Source: Nitrospirota bacterium
GTDB lineage: Bacteria; Nitrospirota; Thermodesulfovibrionia; Thermodesulfovibrionales; UBA6898
DNA length: 64,000 nucleotides
Direction: 5' to 3'
Assembly (NCBI GenBank): GCA_021783515.1
Contig: JAJXTV010000010.1
Span: forward strand, 29,053-93,052
Shown here piece after piece: positions 1-9,557 of the stretch. The translations under genes were made by a program, and so were the position numbers. Position 1 is the first letter of the stretch; each line of letters begins with the position of its first letter. The notes under the pieces were generated by a model. That model was given only the letters and a program-made list of their open reading frames with translations, did not search any database and was not told the origin of the DNA.

Positions 1-399
1 GGAGCCGAGCAGCCACCAGAAGATCATCATGGGGTTGGTGCCGGAGAGGGAGAGTCCGCCCAGAAAGGCCCACCGCTTCTTGACGAGATACTTCGACCCG
101 GAATCACGGGGGGTTGCGGCGTTCCGGATGGTAAGTACTCCGAGCACGACAAGGATCAGCGACCCTCCAAGCCAAAAGACCGCCATAACTATCCGCTCGC
201 GGAGAAAAGGCGCTATCCCGAAGAAGGCGATTGCTCCGTAAACAACATCGGAGACGAATGCGCCCAGGACAACCATGAGAGCTGCCTTGAGGTGGCCGTT
301 AAGCGACCTCCGCATCACCTCTATCTGTATCGGTCCCGCGGGAATGGCGGCGATAAAACCCAGAAGAAACGCCGATATGATAAACAGGAAATAATTCAT
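1..399 (-). CDS. LysE/RhtB-family exporter, partial (3' end runs off the window)
   Basis: It is not in the ORF track because it has no stop inside the window. The reverse-strand ATG at 399 opens MNYFLFIISAFLLGFIAAIPAGPIQIEVMRRSL..., which is uniformly hydrophobic and has the N-terminal PxGP motif typical of LysE translocators. Confidence 0.6.
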   Translation of the reverse strand, partial: MNYFLFIISAFLLGFIAAIPAGPIQIEVMRRSLNGHLKAALMVVLGAFVSDVVYGAIAFFGIAPFLRERIVMAVFWLGGSLILVVLGVLTIRNAATPRDSGSKYLVKKRWAFLGGLSLSGTNPMMIFWWLLGS

Positions 400-521
400 G
401 GTGTATCGTGAAAAAGATATTATACCCAAAAGGGCCGGCGATTTTGTTTCCCCTGGCCGCACAGGCCCTTTGCAATGCAGCAGGGGGAAGCATCTCCGTT
501 AAGGCGGAGAGAGAGAACTTT

Positions 522-1694
522 TCAGAGTCTTCTTCGAAACAGGGCAAAAAAATGCTCTTTTGCCTTTTCGCAGAAAGGCCGCTGCTGCCATGTTTTGAGT
601 TCCACCCGTTCGGAGTTCCTGAGGTCTTCACCGAAAAGGGTGCACATTTCTTTACCGAAGGCCTCGTCGACTATGCCGACGTTTCCCTCGTCGTTTCGTC
701 TCAGGGACTGGAAGTCGAGGTTTGCCGAGCCGATCACGCTCCAGAGGCCGTCGAAGACCGAGGTCTTCGCATGCAGGATCTCGCCGTTATAAGTATAGAT
801 CGCGACCCCGGCCTTCAGCAGCCGGCTGAAATAAGCCCTCGCCGAATAAAGGGCGGCCGAGACGTCCGACTTTCCCGGCAGCAGAAGAATTACCTCCACT
901 CCCCGCGCGACCGCGTCCTCGAGTATTTTCAGCATCCGTCTGCTAGGCGTGAAATAGGCGGTAGTGATAAAAATGCTCCGCTGCGCCCTGTTGATGCTGT
1001 AGTGCAGGAGCCTTCTCATCCGTCGCCGGCCCCGCGCCGAACTGGCGAAGATCGGGAGTACCGGGATGCCGCCCTCGATCGGTTCCGCCTTTCCGCCGAA
1101 GGCGATCTGTCCGCCTTTCCATATCTCCCACGCCTTCTTGAACTCGTCCAGAAGCCTCTCCGCTATGGGGCCCTCCAGAAATATCCCGGTGTCCCGCCAG
1201 CCGCGTTTTTTCCTTAATTTCTTCAGGATGCGAGTGTAACCCGAATATTCGTTTGCGATATTCAGCCCCCCGGTAAAGGCGTAGCGGCCGTCTACGATGA
1301 TGAGTTTCCTGTGGTCCCTGTGGAAATAACGGAACGGCGCGGACCATTTAAACGGGCGGGAGGCGCGTATCCTGATGCCCGACTCCCTGAGCTTTCTCCA
1401 GAACTTCAGCGGCGTGCCGAGCGAGCCGAAATGGTCGTAAAGGATATACACCGCAACCCCTTCGGAGGCCTTTTTCCGGAGGATATCCGCAAGCTCGAGC
1501 CCTGTTTCGTCATTTCTGAAGATATAGAACGCCAGGCAGATGAACTCGCGGGCGTTTCTGGCTGCGTCGAAGATGGCGCTGAAAGACTCCCTGTCCCTCA
1601 GGAGCGTTACCTTGTTGCCGCCGGTGAAGTGGGTGCCGTAGACACGCTGGATATTCCGCCTGGATAAATCAGGGTTTACGGCTTCCGGTCTCAT
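522..1694 (-). CDS. Phospholipase D-family cardiolipin synthase (ClsB-like)
   Basis: 390-aa ORF with two HKD motifs: HRKLIIVDG...GGLNI and LHAKTSVFDG...GSANLD. Confidence 0.85.
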   Translation of the reverse strand: MRPEAVNPDLSRRNIQRVYGTHFTGGNKVTLLRDRESFSAIFDAARNAREFICLAFYIFRNDETGLELADILRKKASEGVAVYILYDHFGSLGTPLKFWRKLRESGIRIRASRPFKWSAPFRYFHRDHRKLIIVDGRYAFTGGLNIANEYSGYTRILKKLRKKRGWRDTGIFLEGPIAERLLDEFKKAWEIWKGGQIAFGGKAEPIEGGIPVLPIFASSARGRRRMRRLLHYSINRAQRSIFITTAYFTPSRRMLKILEDAVARGVEVILLLPGKSDVSAALYSARAYFSRLLKAGVAIYTYNGEILHAKTSVFDGLWSVIGSANLDFQSLRRNDEGNVGIVDEAFGKEMCTLFGEDLRNSERVELKTWQQRPFCEKAKEHFFALFRRRL

Positions 1695-1814
1695 ACTACA
1701 TCATTGCCGAAATGATTCTCTCGCGTCAATCTTCCGGGTGCGGAGACCCTGGATATTTTTGGGGGAAATAGGCTAAAATTATAGAGTACGTATCGGACTA
1801 CGGTAAGACAATCC

Positions 1815-3269
1815 ATGGACATATCCATACAAGATCTCGGGGAAAAGGACTGCGTTTGTGATGTGCTCATTCTTCCCGTGACGGAGGGCGAACCCGGACG
1901 TTACCGCTTCCTCGGGAAGCCCGCGGCGGATGCGGTCAGGAAAGGCTTTTCCCGGAAATTTGCCGGCAGGAAGAATGAGCTTTTTGCGGTCCCCGCACCG
2001 GCGGGTTTCAGTGCGGAGTGGGTGCTTCTCGCCGGTCTCGGCAAGAAGCACGGAATATCGTCCGAGAGCCTGAGACAGGCGGGGGGAAAGGCGGTTTCCT
2101 ATCTGCGCTCCAACGGCGTAAAGAAAGCTGCCCTTTCGACTGCCGTCGTTTCTTCCCTCAAACTTTCTCCCGCTGCGTTTATCGAGGGCGCCCTTCTGGG
2201 GACCTATTCATACGAAAGATACCGGACCGAAAAAAACGGCGGCGCAGTCTCCCGGATGACGATACTCTCGAAGCCCTCCGCTGACCTGAAACGCGACGTC
2301 GCCTGGTCAAAGGCGGTCTCCTCTGCGGTCTCCTTTGCCAGGGACCTTGTCAATACCCCGGCGAACGACATGACTCCCTCACGGCTGGCGGCCGTCGCCC
2401 GCGGGCTGAAAGGCAGGAGGCTTTCGGTGAAGGTCCTCGATCGGCGCGATGCGGAGCGTCTCGGCATGGGGGCATACCTCTCCGTCGCGAAAGGCTCCCA
2501 CGAGCCGCCTAAGTTTATCGTGCTCGAGTACAGGGGCGGCACGGGGGCGCCGCTGGCGCTTGTCGGAAAATCGATCACCTTCGACAGCGGGGGCCTTTCC
2601 CTGAAACCTTCCGAGGGGATGGAAAAGATGAAATACGATATGGCCGGGGGGGCGGCGGTCCTCGGCGTGATGAAGGCCGTGTCGGAGGCCGGTCTGCCGG
2701 TGAATCTGATCGGCATATTGCCGGCAACGGAAAACCTCCCGGGAGGTTCCGCAACGAAGCCCGGCGACGTCGTCAGGGCGATGACCGGCCTTACGGTGGA
2801 GATCTCCAATACCGATGCCGAGGGCAGGCTCGTGCTTGCCGACGGGATCGGCTATGCAAAGCGCTTCAAGCCGGCCGCCATTATTGATATCGCCACCCTT
2901 ACCGGGGCCTGTTCGATCGCGCTCGGCGGTGAGGCGATCGCGATGATGGGCAACGACGGAAAAATGATGGGGAAGCTGAAGGCGTGCGGCGATACCGTAA
3001 ACGAGCGGGTGTGGGAAATGCCGCTTTTTGAGGAATATCGTGAGTATATAAAGAGCGATATCGCCGATATAAAGAACGCAGGAGGCCGTACAGGCTCGCT
3101 TGTCAGTTCGGCATATTTCTTGAAAGAGTTTGCCGGTGAGACGCCTTGGGTGCATCTGGATATAGCAGGCACCGCTTGGGCTGAAAAAGAGAAACCGTAT
3201 ATCCCGAAGGGGGCCTCCGGAGTAGGCGTAAGGCTCCTGGTGGAACTGGTGAGAGGAATAAAAAAATGA
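1815..3269 (+). CDS. pepA: Leucyl aminopeptidase (M17)
   Basis: 484-aa ORF with VGKSITFDSGG, DMAGGAAV and the M17 signature NTDAEGRLVLAD. Confidence 0.9.
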   Translation: MDISIQDLGEKDCVCDVLILPVTEGEPGRYRFLGKPAADAVRKGFSRKFAGRKNELFAVPAPAGFSAEWVLLAGLGKKHGISSESLRQAGGKAVSYLRSNGVKKAALSTAVVSSLKLSPAAFIEGALLGTYSYERYRTEKNGGAVSRMTILSKPSADLKRDVAWSKAVSSAVSFARDLVNTPANDMTPSRLAAVARGLKGRRLSVKVLDRRDAERLGMGAYLSVAKGSHEPPKFIVLEYRGGTGAPLALVGKSITFDSGGLSLKPSEGMEKMKYDMAGGAAVLGVMKAVSEAGLPVNLIGILPATENLPGGSATKPGDVVRAMTGLTVEISNTDAEGRLVLADGIGYAKRFKPAAIIDIATLTGACSIALGGEAIAMMGNDGKMMGKLKACGDTVNERVWEMPLFEEYREYIKSDIADIKNAGGRTGSLVSSAYFLKEFAGETPWVHLDIAGTAWAEKEKPYIPKGASGVGVRLLVELVRGIKK

Positions 3270-4033
3270 GATTCTTCAGGATACTGCTCGTCATCTCTTT
3301 CCTGCTTATTCCGGCTTCAGCCTTTGCCTGGGGACCGCTGACCCATATCTATCTCGGAAATGAGCTTTTTTCTCTGAGTCCGCTCCTGCCCGCCGGCCTG
3401 CTGGAGATGATCAGGCGGTTCCGGAAGGATTTTCTTTACGGCAACCTCATGGCCGACAGCATCATCGGCAAACAGTATCTTCCGGACCACAAGAGTTCCC
3501 ACAGCTGGGACGTCGCCTTCGACCTTTTCAGGGCGGCGAAGACGGACCAGCAGAAGGCCTTTGTCTACGGCTACATGAGTCACCTGGCCGCCGATACGGT
3601 TGCGCATAATGAGTATACCGTCGACAGACGGAACCTTGGGCATACGGTCATGGAGATGAAGGCGGACTGCATTATCGACAAGAAATACTGGTTCCAGGCG
3701 CTTGCGATCGACCGGCAGATCCAGAGGCGCAACGACGTCTTTCTCGAACATTCCCTCGACCGCTTTGTGTTTTCATTCAAGACGAATAGGAGGATATTCA
3801 AGGGGGCCGTCCTCCTTTCGGTCCTGAACCGCGAGAGGATCGGTGACTTCATCGACAGGAACCTCGTGACGTCCTTCCCGGACAGGGAGGTGATCGAGCG
3901 GCTGCATCAGGAGTCTCTCGACAAGATGATCGACCTCTTCCAGAACTGGAAACAGTCCGAGGTGCTCGGCGTGAGCCCCAGCGGGGTGCACGAAAAGGAA
4001 ACGCGCCTCAGGACTTTCCTCAGGGCCGGCTAA
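3266..4033 (+). CDS. Secreted zinc-dependent phospholipase C-like protein
   Basis: Signal peptide MRFFRILLVISFLLIPASAFA. The mature N-terminus is WGPLTH, followed by the histidine motif HLAADTVAHN. Its start overlaps the pepA stop in ATGA. Confidence 0.6.
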   Translation: MRFFRILLVISFLLIPASAFAWGPLTHIYLGNELFSLSPLLPAGLLEMIRRFRKDFLYGNLMADSIIGKQYLPDHKSSHSWDVAFDLFRAAKTDQQKAFVYGYMSHLAADTVAHNEYTVDRRNLGHTVMEMKADCIIDKKYWFQALAIDRQIQRRNDVFLEHSLDRFVFSFKTNRRIFKGAVLLSVLNRERIGDFIDRNLVTSFPDREVIERLHQESLDKMIDLFQNWKQSEVLGVSPSGVHEKETRLRTFLRAG

Positions 4034-4236
4034 CGCCTGCCTCCGCCTGCCGGCTTATCCGTTCGTATCGCCGCCTCCGCGTTTTTCTTTTTCGGGCGGG
4101 AGTCTCTGCGCCCTTTTCCCGCTGCCGTCAGGTGAAGTGCCTCCTCTTCAGTGGCTCTCCCTGCCCCTGCGCGTGATATACTAAATTACCCGGAATCATT
4201 ACTGCCAATGATCAGATCGGAGGGCGACGCCGCAGG

Positions 4237-4650
4237 ATGCAAGTAAAGTGGACACAGGACCTGTCTGTCGATGTGAAAGAGATCGATGCGCAGCACAAGG
4301 AGCTGTTAAGGAGGATAAGCGGCCTGGACTCGGCCATGAAGCAGGGCAGGGCACGGGAGGAAATCTTCCCGCTCCTGGAGTTTCTCGAGGAGTACGCCGT
4401 TATCCATTTCCGGACGGAAGAAGTATACATGATAAAGTACCGATATCCGAGGTATCAACTTCACAAGGCAAAACACGAATGGTTCGCGGAGGAGTTTGCC
4501 GCGATCAGGAAGGGGCTCGAAAAGGAAGGCGCCACTCCGGAAGTGATCGTCCGAAGCAACAACCTTCTCATCACCTGGTTCTGCAGCCATATCAGGACGA
4601 CAGACGCCGCCCTCGGCGCCTTCCTGAAGCCGAAGATCGTGAAACTGTGA
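4237..4650 (+). CDS. Bacteriohemerythrin
   Basis: 137 aa. W-x3-LSV-x-V-x-EIDAQHKEL at the N-terminus, and H/E iron ligands in HFRTEE and HKAKHEWF. Confidence 0.85.
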   Translation: MQVKWTQDLSVDVKEIDAQHKELLRRISGLDSAMKQGRAREEIFPLLEFLEEYAVIHFRTEEVYMIKYRYPRYQLHKAKHEWFAEEFAAIRKGLEKEGATPEVIVRSNNLLITWFCSHIRTTDAALGAFLKPKIVKL

Positions 4651-4705
4651 AGCTGCATCGCGACAGGGCGGAGTTTCGCAGGATGCCGGGGGAGCGCTCA
4701 GGAGC

Positions 4706-5293
4706 GTGAAAGAGCGGGTGCGTATGACGGGAAGAGCCAGACGGTTCGCCGCGGCCCTCCTCATGCTCCTAGTCCTGGCGGTGGGGGGCTACCTGTTTGT
4801 GGAGGAGCAGGGGAATTTCCATCCGATTACCGAAGGCGAGGCATACCGCTCCGCCCAGCTCGACAGGGACGAGTTGATCTATTACCTGGGGAAGTATCAT
4901 ATCAGAACTGTTTTGAATTTGCGGGGAAGCAATCCTGACGCGTCGTGGTACCGTCAGGAGATAAAGACCAGCGCCGAGCAGAAGGTGGCGCATTACGACA
5001 TCTCCCTTTCGGCTTCGGCCGCTCCCCCAAAAGAAGATATTGATGAGATGATACAGATATTCAGGACCGCACCCCGTCCCGTACTGATACACTGCCAGGC
5101 CGGCGCCGACAGGTCGGGGCTGGCCGCGGCGATCTGGAAGGTGGTAATCGACGGGATGCCCAAAAAAGAGGCCGCCGGCCAGCTTTCCCTCCTCTACGGC
5201 CACATGCCGATAGGGCCGACGACGGCGATGGACCGCTTCTTCGAGGGCTGGGCCCCGCCGTCTCGAGGGTCGGCGCAGAAGGCATCGCATTAA
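4706..5293 (+). CDS. Membrane-anchored protein-tyrosine/dual-specificity phosphatase-like protein
   Basis: N-terminal TM helix AAALLMLLVLAVGGYLF and the CX5R(S/T) active-site loop HCQAGADRSG. Confidence 0.7.
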   Translation: MKERVRMTGRARRFAAALLMLLVLAVGGYLFVEEQGNFHPITEGEAYRSAQLDRDELIYYLGKYHIRTVLNLRGSNPDASWYRQEIKTSAEQKVAHYDISLSASAAPPKEDIDEMIQIFRTAPRPVLIHCQAGADRSGLAAAIWKVVIDGMPKKEAAGQLSLLYGHMPIGPTTAMDRFFEGWAPPSRGSAQKASH

Positions 5294-5317
5294 ACAGAGA
5301 GCAACAAAGGGGTAATC

Positions 5318-6001
5318 ATGGCGCTTCAAGCGGGAGATTTGGGAAAGTACAAGTATTTTTCGGAACTTTCACAGGCTTCACTCGAAATGCTCGCCGGAAG
5401 GATCAGGACGGTGGAGTTTCCTGCAGGCGCCGAGATCCTCAAAGAAGGCGCCACGGGGGATTCCTTTTACTTTGTGAGCGAAGGGAAGCTTGAGGTTACG
5501 AAGAAGACCAGGTCCGGCCAGACTTCAAAGCTTTCGGTGATCGGAAGCGGCCAGGCCTTCGGGGAGATGGCGCTTCTCACCTGCACCGTGAGGTCGAGTT
5601 CCGTCACGGCGGTCACGGATGTCGTTCTCTACGAGCTGGCGAAGTCGGATTTCGAAGAAGTGATCCTGAGGGAGTCGGAATTCAGGGGCATGCTCTATCA
5701 GACGGTGAAGGACCGCGCGCAGAGCAACAAATTGCGGACACTCAAGCCCTTTGAACTCCTTCCGCCTGAGAAGATGTACATGGTGATTGAGAAGCTTGCG
5801 GAAAAGCCATATCCCGCCGGCTGCGACATCATCGTCCAGGGTGAAAAAGGGGACTGCATTAATTGCAGCCCCGGCGGAGACCGGGGGGGTGCGTGGGATG
5901 AGAAAAACGGGGGAGGCTCCACCAGTCAAGGTTACGAGGCCGAAGGTCTTGGGCGTGACACCGAGGCAGAGGCTCTTTCGTCTGTTCGACGCCGCTGCTA
6001 A
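5318..6001 (+). CDS. Cyclic-nucleotide-binding domain protein; the second cNMP domain appears truncated
   Basis: One complete cNMP domain (FPAGAEILKEGATGDSFYFVSEGKLEV...FGEMALL). A second starts at YPAGCDIIVQGEKGDC and then degenerates into Gly/Arg-rich sequence. The 3' part overlaps the next gene in another frame. Confidence 0.55.
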   Translation: MALQAGDLGKYKYFSELSQASLEMLAGRIRTVEFPAGAEILKEGATGDSFYFVSEGKLEVTKKTRSGQTSKLSVIGSGQAFGEMALLTCTVRSSSVTAVTDVVLYELAKSDFEEVILRESEFRGMLYQTVKDRAQSNKLRTLKPFELLPPEKMYMVIEKLAEKPYPAGCDIIVQGEKGDCINCSPGGDRGGAWDEKNGGGSTSQGYEAEGLGRDTEAEALSSVRRRC

Positions 6002-6731
6002 AAAGAGACCGGTTATATGGATTGCAGGCCCCGCCGGTGCGGGGAAAACAACAGTAGCAGCCAGCTGGCTTGAAGCACGAAAGCTCCCGTGCCTATGGTA
6101 CCAGGTAGACGAAGGGGACGGCGACATAGCCTCTTTCTTTTACTACCTGGGGTTGGCGGCGAAGAAGGCTGCGCCACGCCACAGGAAGCCCCTTCCCCTT
6201 CTGACCCCCGAATACCTGCAGGGAATTCCTACCTTTACCAGACGGTATTTCGAAGAACTCTGCCGGCGGCTGAAGCCGCCCTTCGTCATCGTCCTTGACA
6301 ATTTCCAGGATGCGCCCTCCCAGGCCTTCCCCGGGATGATCAGCCATGCCTTTGAGGCGGTCCCGGAGGGGATCAATTTTTTGGTGCTGAGCCGCTCGGA
6401 GCCGCCCGGACAGCTTGCGCGGCTGAGGGCAAACGAGAGGATCGCCTTCATCGGTTGGAATGACCTGCGCTTTACCCTGCAGGAATGTCGCGCCTTCATA
6501 GTGTCGAAAGGCGGCGGGCGGATGCCGAACGGGGCGGTAATGCAACTGCACGAAAAGACGGATGGCTGGGCAGCCGGGCTCGTGCTGATGACCGAGATGA
6601 CAAAGACGGCGGAGGTGCCGTATCCCTTGATCAGCGAGTTGTCCCGCGCAGCGGTCTTCGATTACTTTGCCAGCGAGATATTCAAGAAGGCCGACGCCGA
6701 GACCCGGGAACCGGCGGCGGCCCCCTGTTGA
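5898..6731 (+). CDS. MalT-like (LuxR-family STAND) ATPase, N-terminal module only; probably a truncated relic
   Basis: Internal ATG of ORF 5787..6731. Sequence TRPKVLGVTPRQRLFRLFD, Walker A GPAGAGKTT, Walker B FVIVLDNF, then GWAAGL. The ORF stops after about 277 aa without the usual TPR-like and LuxR HTH regions. Confidence 0.5.
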   Translation: MRKTGEAPPVKVTRPKVLGVTPRQRLFRLFDAAAKKRPVIWIAGPAGAGKTTVAASWLEARKLPCLWYQVDEGDGDIASFFYYLGLAAKKAAPRHRKPLPLLTPEYLQGIPTFTRRYFEELCRRLKPPFVIVLDNFQDAPSQAFPGMISHAFEAVPEGINFLVLSRSEPPGQLARLRANERIAFIGWNDLRFTLQECRAFIVSKGGGRMPNGAVMQLHEKTDGWAAGLVLMTEMTKTAEVPYPLISELSRAAVFDYFASEIFKKADAETREPAAAPC

Positions 6732-6867
6732 ACGGCGGCGGCAACCTATGCGACAGCGGCGCCTCACTCTTTACGGTCCGCGAATCCGTAGGCAATTTGT
6801 AGGTGGACGCAGTATATAATCGCTTCGTGAGAGCATAAAAGAAATCAGCGACTAAAAAAGGAGAGGC

Positions 6868-8061
6868 ATGAGAAAGAAAAGCATTTCCATCGGTTTGTTT
6901 TTGGCCGGCAGTCTTGTTCTTGCCGGCGTCGGTCGTGCAGCCGCGGCCACGATCACGGTAAGTAACCTTAACGACAGCGGGGCGGGCTCGCTCAGGCAGG
7001 CGATTGCCAGCGCATCGCCGGGAGATACGATTGGTTTTGGCGTCACGGGCGACATCACACTTACAAGCGGCGAGCTTCTTATCGATAAGGATATCACGAT
7101 TTCAGGGCCCGGGAGCGCGAGCCTCTTCCTTAACGGCACCGCAAGCAGCCGGGTGCTTGAGATTGCCGCCGGCAGCACGGCGACGATCTCGGGACTGACC
7201 ATCCAAAACGGCCATGCCCCACTTGGTGAAGATGCCGGAGGCATCTGGAATAACGGCACCTGCTTCCTCAGCAATGTCGTAGTGAGAAACAACCACACGA
7301 GCGGGCAAAACTATGATGTCGGCGGCGGAATATTGAATCAGCAGGGTGCGATGACTCTCGATAAAGTGACTGTTTCCGGCAACAGCGCCTATGCGGGCGG
7401 CGGCATCTTCAATGCCGGAGAAAGCATCATCACTATTACCAACAGTGCGATAAGCGGCAATGGGGCATTCGGCGCCGGCGGCGGGCTCGATAACTACGGC
7501 ACCGCTTCGGTCAGCAATACTACCATCAGCTCGAATTCTTCGGGCTGGAGCGGGGCGGTGAGTTTATCCGGCCCGGGTGAGACAACGCAGTTGTTAAACG
7601 TGACGATCAACGGCAACACGGGAATAGGGCTGGATAAACTCGGCACTGCAAATCTCTCAATCAGAAACAGCATCGTATCGAACAATTCGGACGGTGACTG
7701 TTGGGATGCAGTGCCGTCCGACGGATACAATATTAGCAGCGACGACAGCTGCGGTTTTGCTTCCATAGGCGATCTCCCTAATACCGATCCTCGCCTGGGC
7801 CCCCTTGCTGATAACGGCGGACCGACGATGACCCATGCGCTTCTGACCGGCAGTCCCGCAATCGACAAAGCGGACCCGAGACTGGTCCTCCCAACTGATC
7901 AGAGGGGCGTTGCCAGGCCGCAGGGGCCCAGGGGTGACATAGGCGCATACGAATATCTGCCGGTGTCCGCAGTGCCTGCCATGAACACGTGGGGTTTGAT
8001 ACTGTTTGTGCTTTCCGCCGGAGCGGTGTCCGTGTATTATATGAGGAAGCGGCTGGGCTGA
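6868..8061 (+). CDS. Secreted right-handed beta-helix protein (choice-of-anchor Q type) with IPTL-CTERM-like tail
   Basis: Signal peptide followed by repeated G-rich beta-helix turns. It has the hallmark TDQRGVARPQGPRGDIGAYEY and the C-terminal VPAMNTWGLILFVLSAGAVSVYYMRKR (sorting motif, TM helix, basic tail). Confidence 0.7.
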   Translation: MRKKSISIGLFLAGSLVLAGVGRAAAATITVSNLNDSGAGSLRQAIASASPGDTIGFGVTGDITLTSGELLIDKDITISGPGSASLFLNGTASSRVLEIAAGSTATISGLTIQNGHAPLGEDAGGIWNNGTCFLSNVVVRNNHTSGQNYDVGGGILNQQGAMTLDKVTVSGNSAYAGGGIFNAGESIITITNSAISGNGAFGAGGGLDNYGTASVSNTTISSNSSGWSGAVSLSGPGETTQLLNVTINGNTGIGLDKLGTANLSIRNSIVSNNSDGDCWDAVPSDGYNISSDDSCGFASIGDLPNTDPRLGPLADNGGPTMTHALLTGSPAIDKADPRLVLPTDQRGVARPQGPRGDIGAYEYLPVSAVPAMNTWGLILFVLSAGAVSVYYMRKRLG

Positions 8062-8121
8062 AAGAAAGCAGATCGCAAAATATAAATATTCAACCTCGGT
8101 GAGGTAAGGGGGAACTATTCC

Positions 8122-8718
8122 ATGGCAAACTTTCGTTTTGTTTCATCTAGGACCGTGATGTATGCGGTTGTCAGCGCCTGTCTTTGTCTTTTTCTTTCCG
8201 GCGTGTGGAGCGGCCCGCGGACCTGCGGGGCGGCCGGACCGGTTGATGCCAAAACCGCCTATAACCTGGCCGCTGCGCTGGCGGTAAAATGGCAGCCCGA
8301 CGCCAAGCTCTGCAATTTTACCTCGCTCGCCACAGGGCCGGTCGACGGCGAGGGCAGGTCCTCCCAATGGTCCATCCACTTTTCCTCGAAAAAGGCCGGC
8401 AAGCTCATGATGGTCACGGTCTCAAACGGCGCGGCGAGCACCTTCATCGTCCCGGGACCGGGCGCCAGGGTCATCGCCATATCTGCCAGGACCAATCTTG
8501 ACTCGAAGCAACTGCTTGCGAGGGCGGACGCGGCGGGCGGCGCTGCGCACCGGAAGAAGGGAGCTCTGGTTACAATCGGGCTGGTAGAGAGCCCCGTTGC
8601 GGGGGTAGGGCCGCTTTGGCATATCAGTTATAGCGCGAAGGGCCCCGACGGAATGCCGGGCAGGGAATTGTTTCATGTGGCGATAGAGGGCAATACCGGA
8701 AAGCTTTCCGTGCTTTGA
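8122..8718 (+). CDS. Hypothetical secreted protein
   Basis: 198-aa ORF with an N-terminal hydrophobic segment (VVSACLCLFLSGVWSG). I recognise no motif. Confidence 0.45.
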   Translation: MANFRFVSSRTVMYAVVSACLCLFLSGVWSGPRTCGAAGPVDAKTAYNLAAALAVKWQPDAKLCNFTSLATGPVDGEGRSSQWSIHFSSKKAGKLMMVTVSNGAASTFIVPGPGARVIAISARTNLDSKQLLARADAAGGAAHRKKGALVTIGLVESPVAGVGPLWHISYSAKGPDGMPGRELFHVAIEGNTGKLSVL

Positions 8719-8735
8719 GCCGAGTAGCGAAGGAA

Positions 8736-9557
8736 ATGTGCGTGAAACGGGATAAGCGGCGCAGGGTGATCATCGGTTGCGTAGCAGTTCTGTTCCTTTC
8801 TTCCTTTATGCCGTTTGGCAATGAGGCATCCGCCGCAAGCTTCGACTGCGGCAAGGCGCAGTCGAAGCTTGAACGCCGGATATGCGCGGACCCGAAACTC
8901 TCCTCGCTCGACGATGAGCTGACACGAGTGTATAAAGAGGCGCTGGGGCTTGTCTCCGACGCGGCGGCGCTCAGGAAAGCCCAGCAGGCCTGGCTCAGAA
9001 AGGTCCGCGCAGCGGCGGAAACTCCGGAGGGGATTAGGGCGGCGTATCTGGCAAGGATCGAGGAGATCCGGCTTGGTCCCGGGCTCAAGAGGCCGATGTT
9101 TGCGGCTACTGCTCCTCCGGCATCGGTTTACGGCAGATACAGCAAGACCGAGCCGCTCTGCTTCAGCCCGAAGGACGGAGAAGACGAGTATGATTGTTCA
9201 GGCGGTGAGGTCGAGAGCTATATCGATATCAGGCCCGGGCCGGGCAATGCAGCTACCGTCAGGGGCGAGCTCTGGTTTTTCAACGGCCACGCCTGCGGCC
9301 CCTTCGAGGGAAAGGCCGAATGGGTGAATGGCGCGCTGCGCATGCCGAACCTGGAAGATGAGGAAGACAGATGCGTGCTTGTGATGACATTCAAAGACGG
9401 CAAGGTCTCCACGGTAGACCCGGGGGGATTTTGCAAGGAGGCGATGCTATGCGGGGCGAATGCCGGATTCCACGGGATAGAGCTCCCGAAGACGAAGGAG
9501 AAGGGAGGCGGAGCGGGCGAAGGCAGGAAACGCCAGCCGGAGGGTGTGAAGAAATGA
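8736..9557 (+). CDS. Secreted protein with an LprI/DUF1311-like N-terminal motif and an unknown Cys-rich C-terminal domain
   Basis: Internal ATG of ORF 8715..9557 gives the signal peptide [23 protein letters not shown]. This is followed by [35 protein letters not shown]...AQQAWL. Confidence 0.55.
   Translation: MCVKRDKRRRVIIGCVAVLFLSSFMPFGNEASAASFDCGKAQSKLERRICADPKLSSLDDELTRVYKEALGLVSDAAALRKAQQAWLRKVRAAAETPEGIRAAYLARIEEIRLGPGLKRPMFAATAPPASVYGRYSKTEPLCFSPKDGEDEYDCSGGEVESYIDIRPGPGNAATVRGELWFFNGHACGPFEGKAEWVNGALRMPNLEDEEDRCVLVMTFKDGKVSTVDPGGFCKEAMLCGANAGFHGIELPKTKEKGGGAGEGRKRQPEGVKK

Noticed and set aside
299-1217. Track ORFs 299..631(-), 408..1217(+) and 475..792(+)
   Set aside because: They overlap the LysE partial gene and the cardiolipin-synthase gene, and they have no motifs or translation signals.
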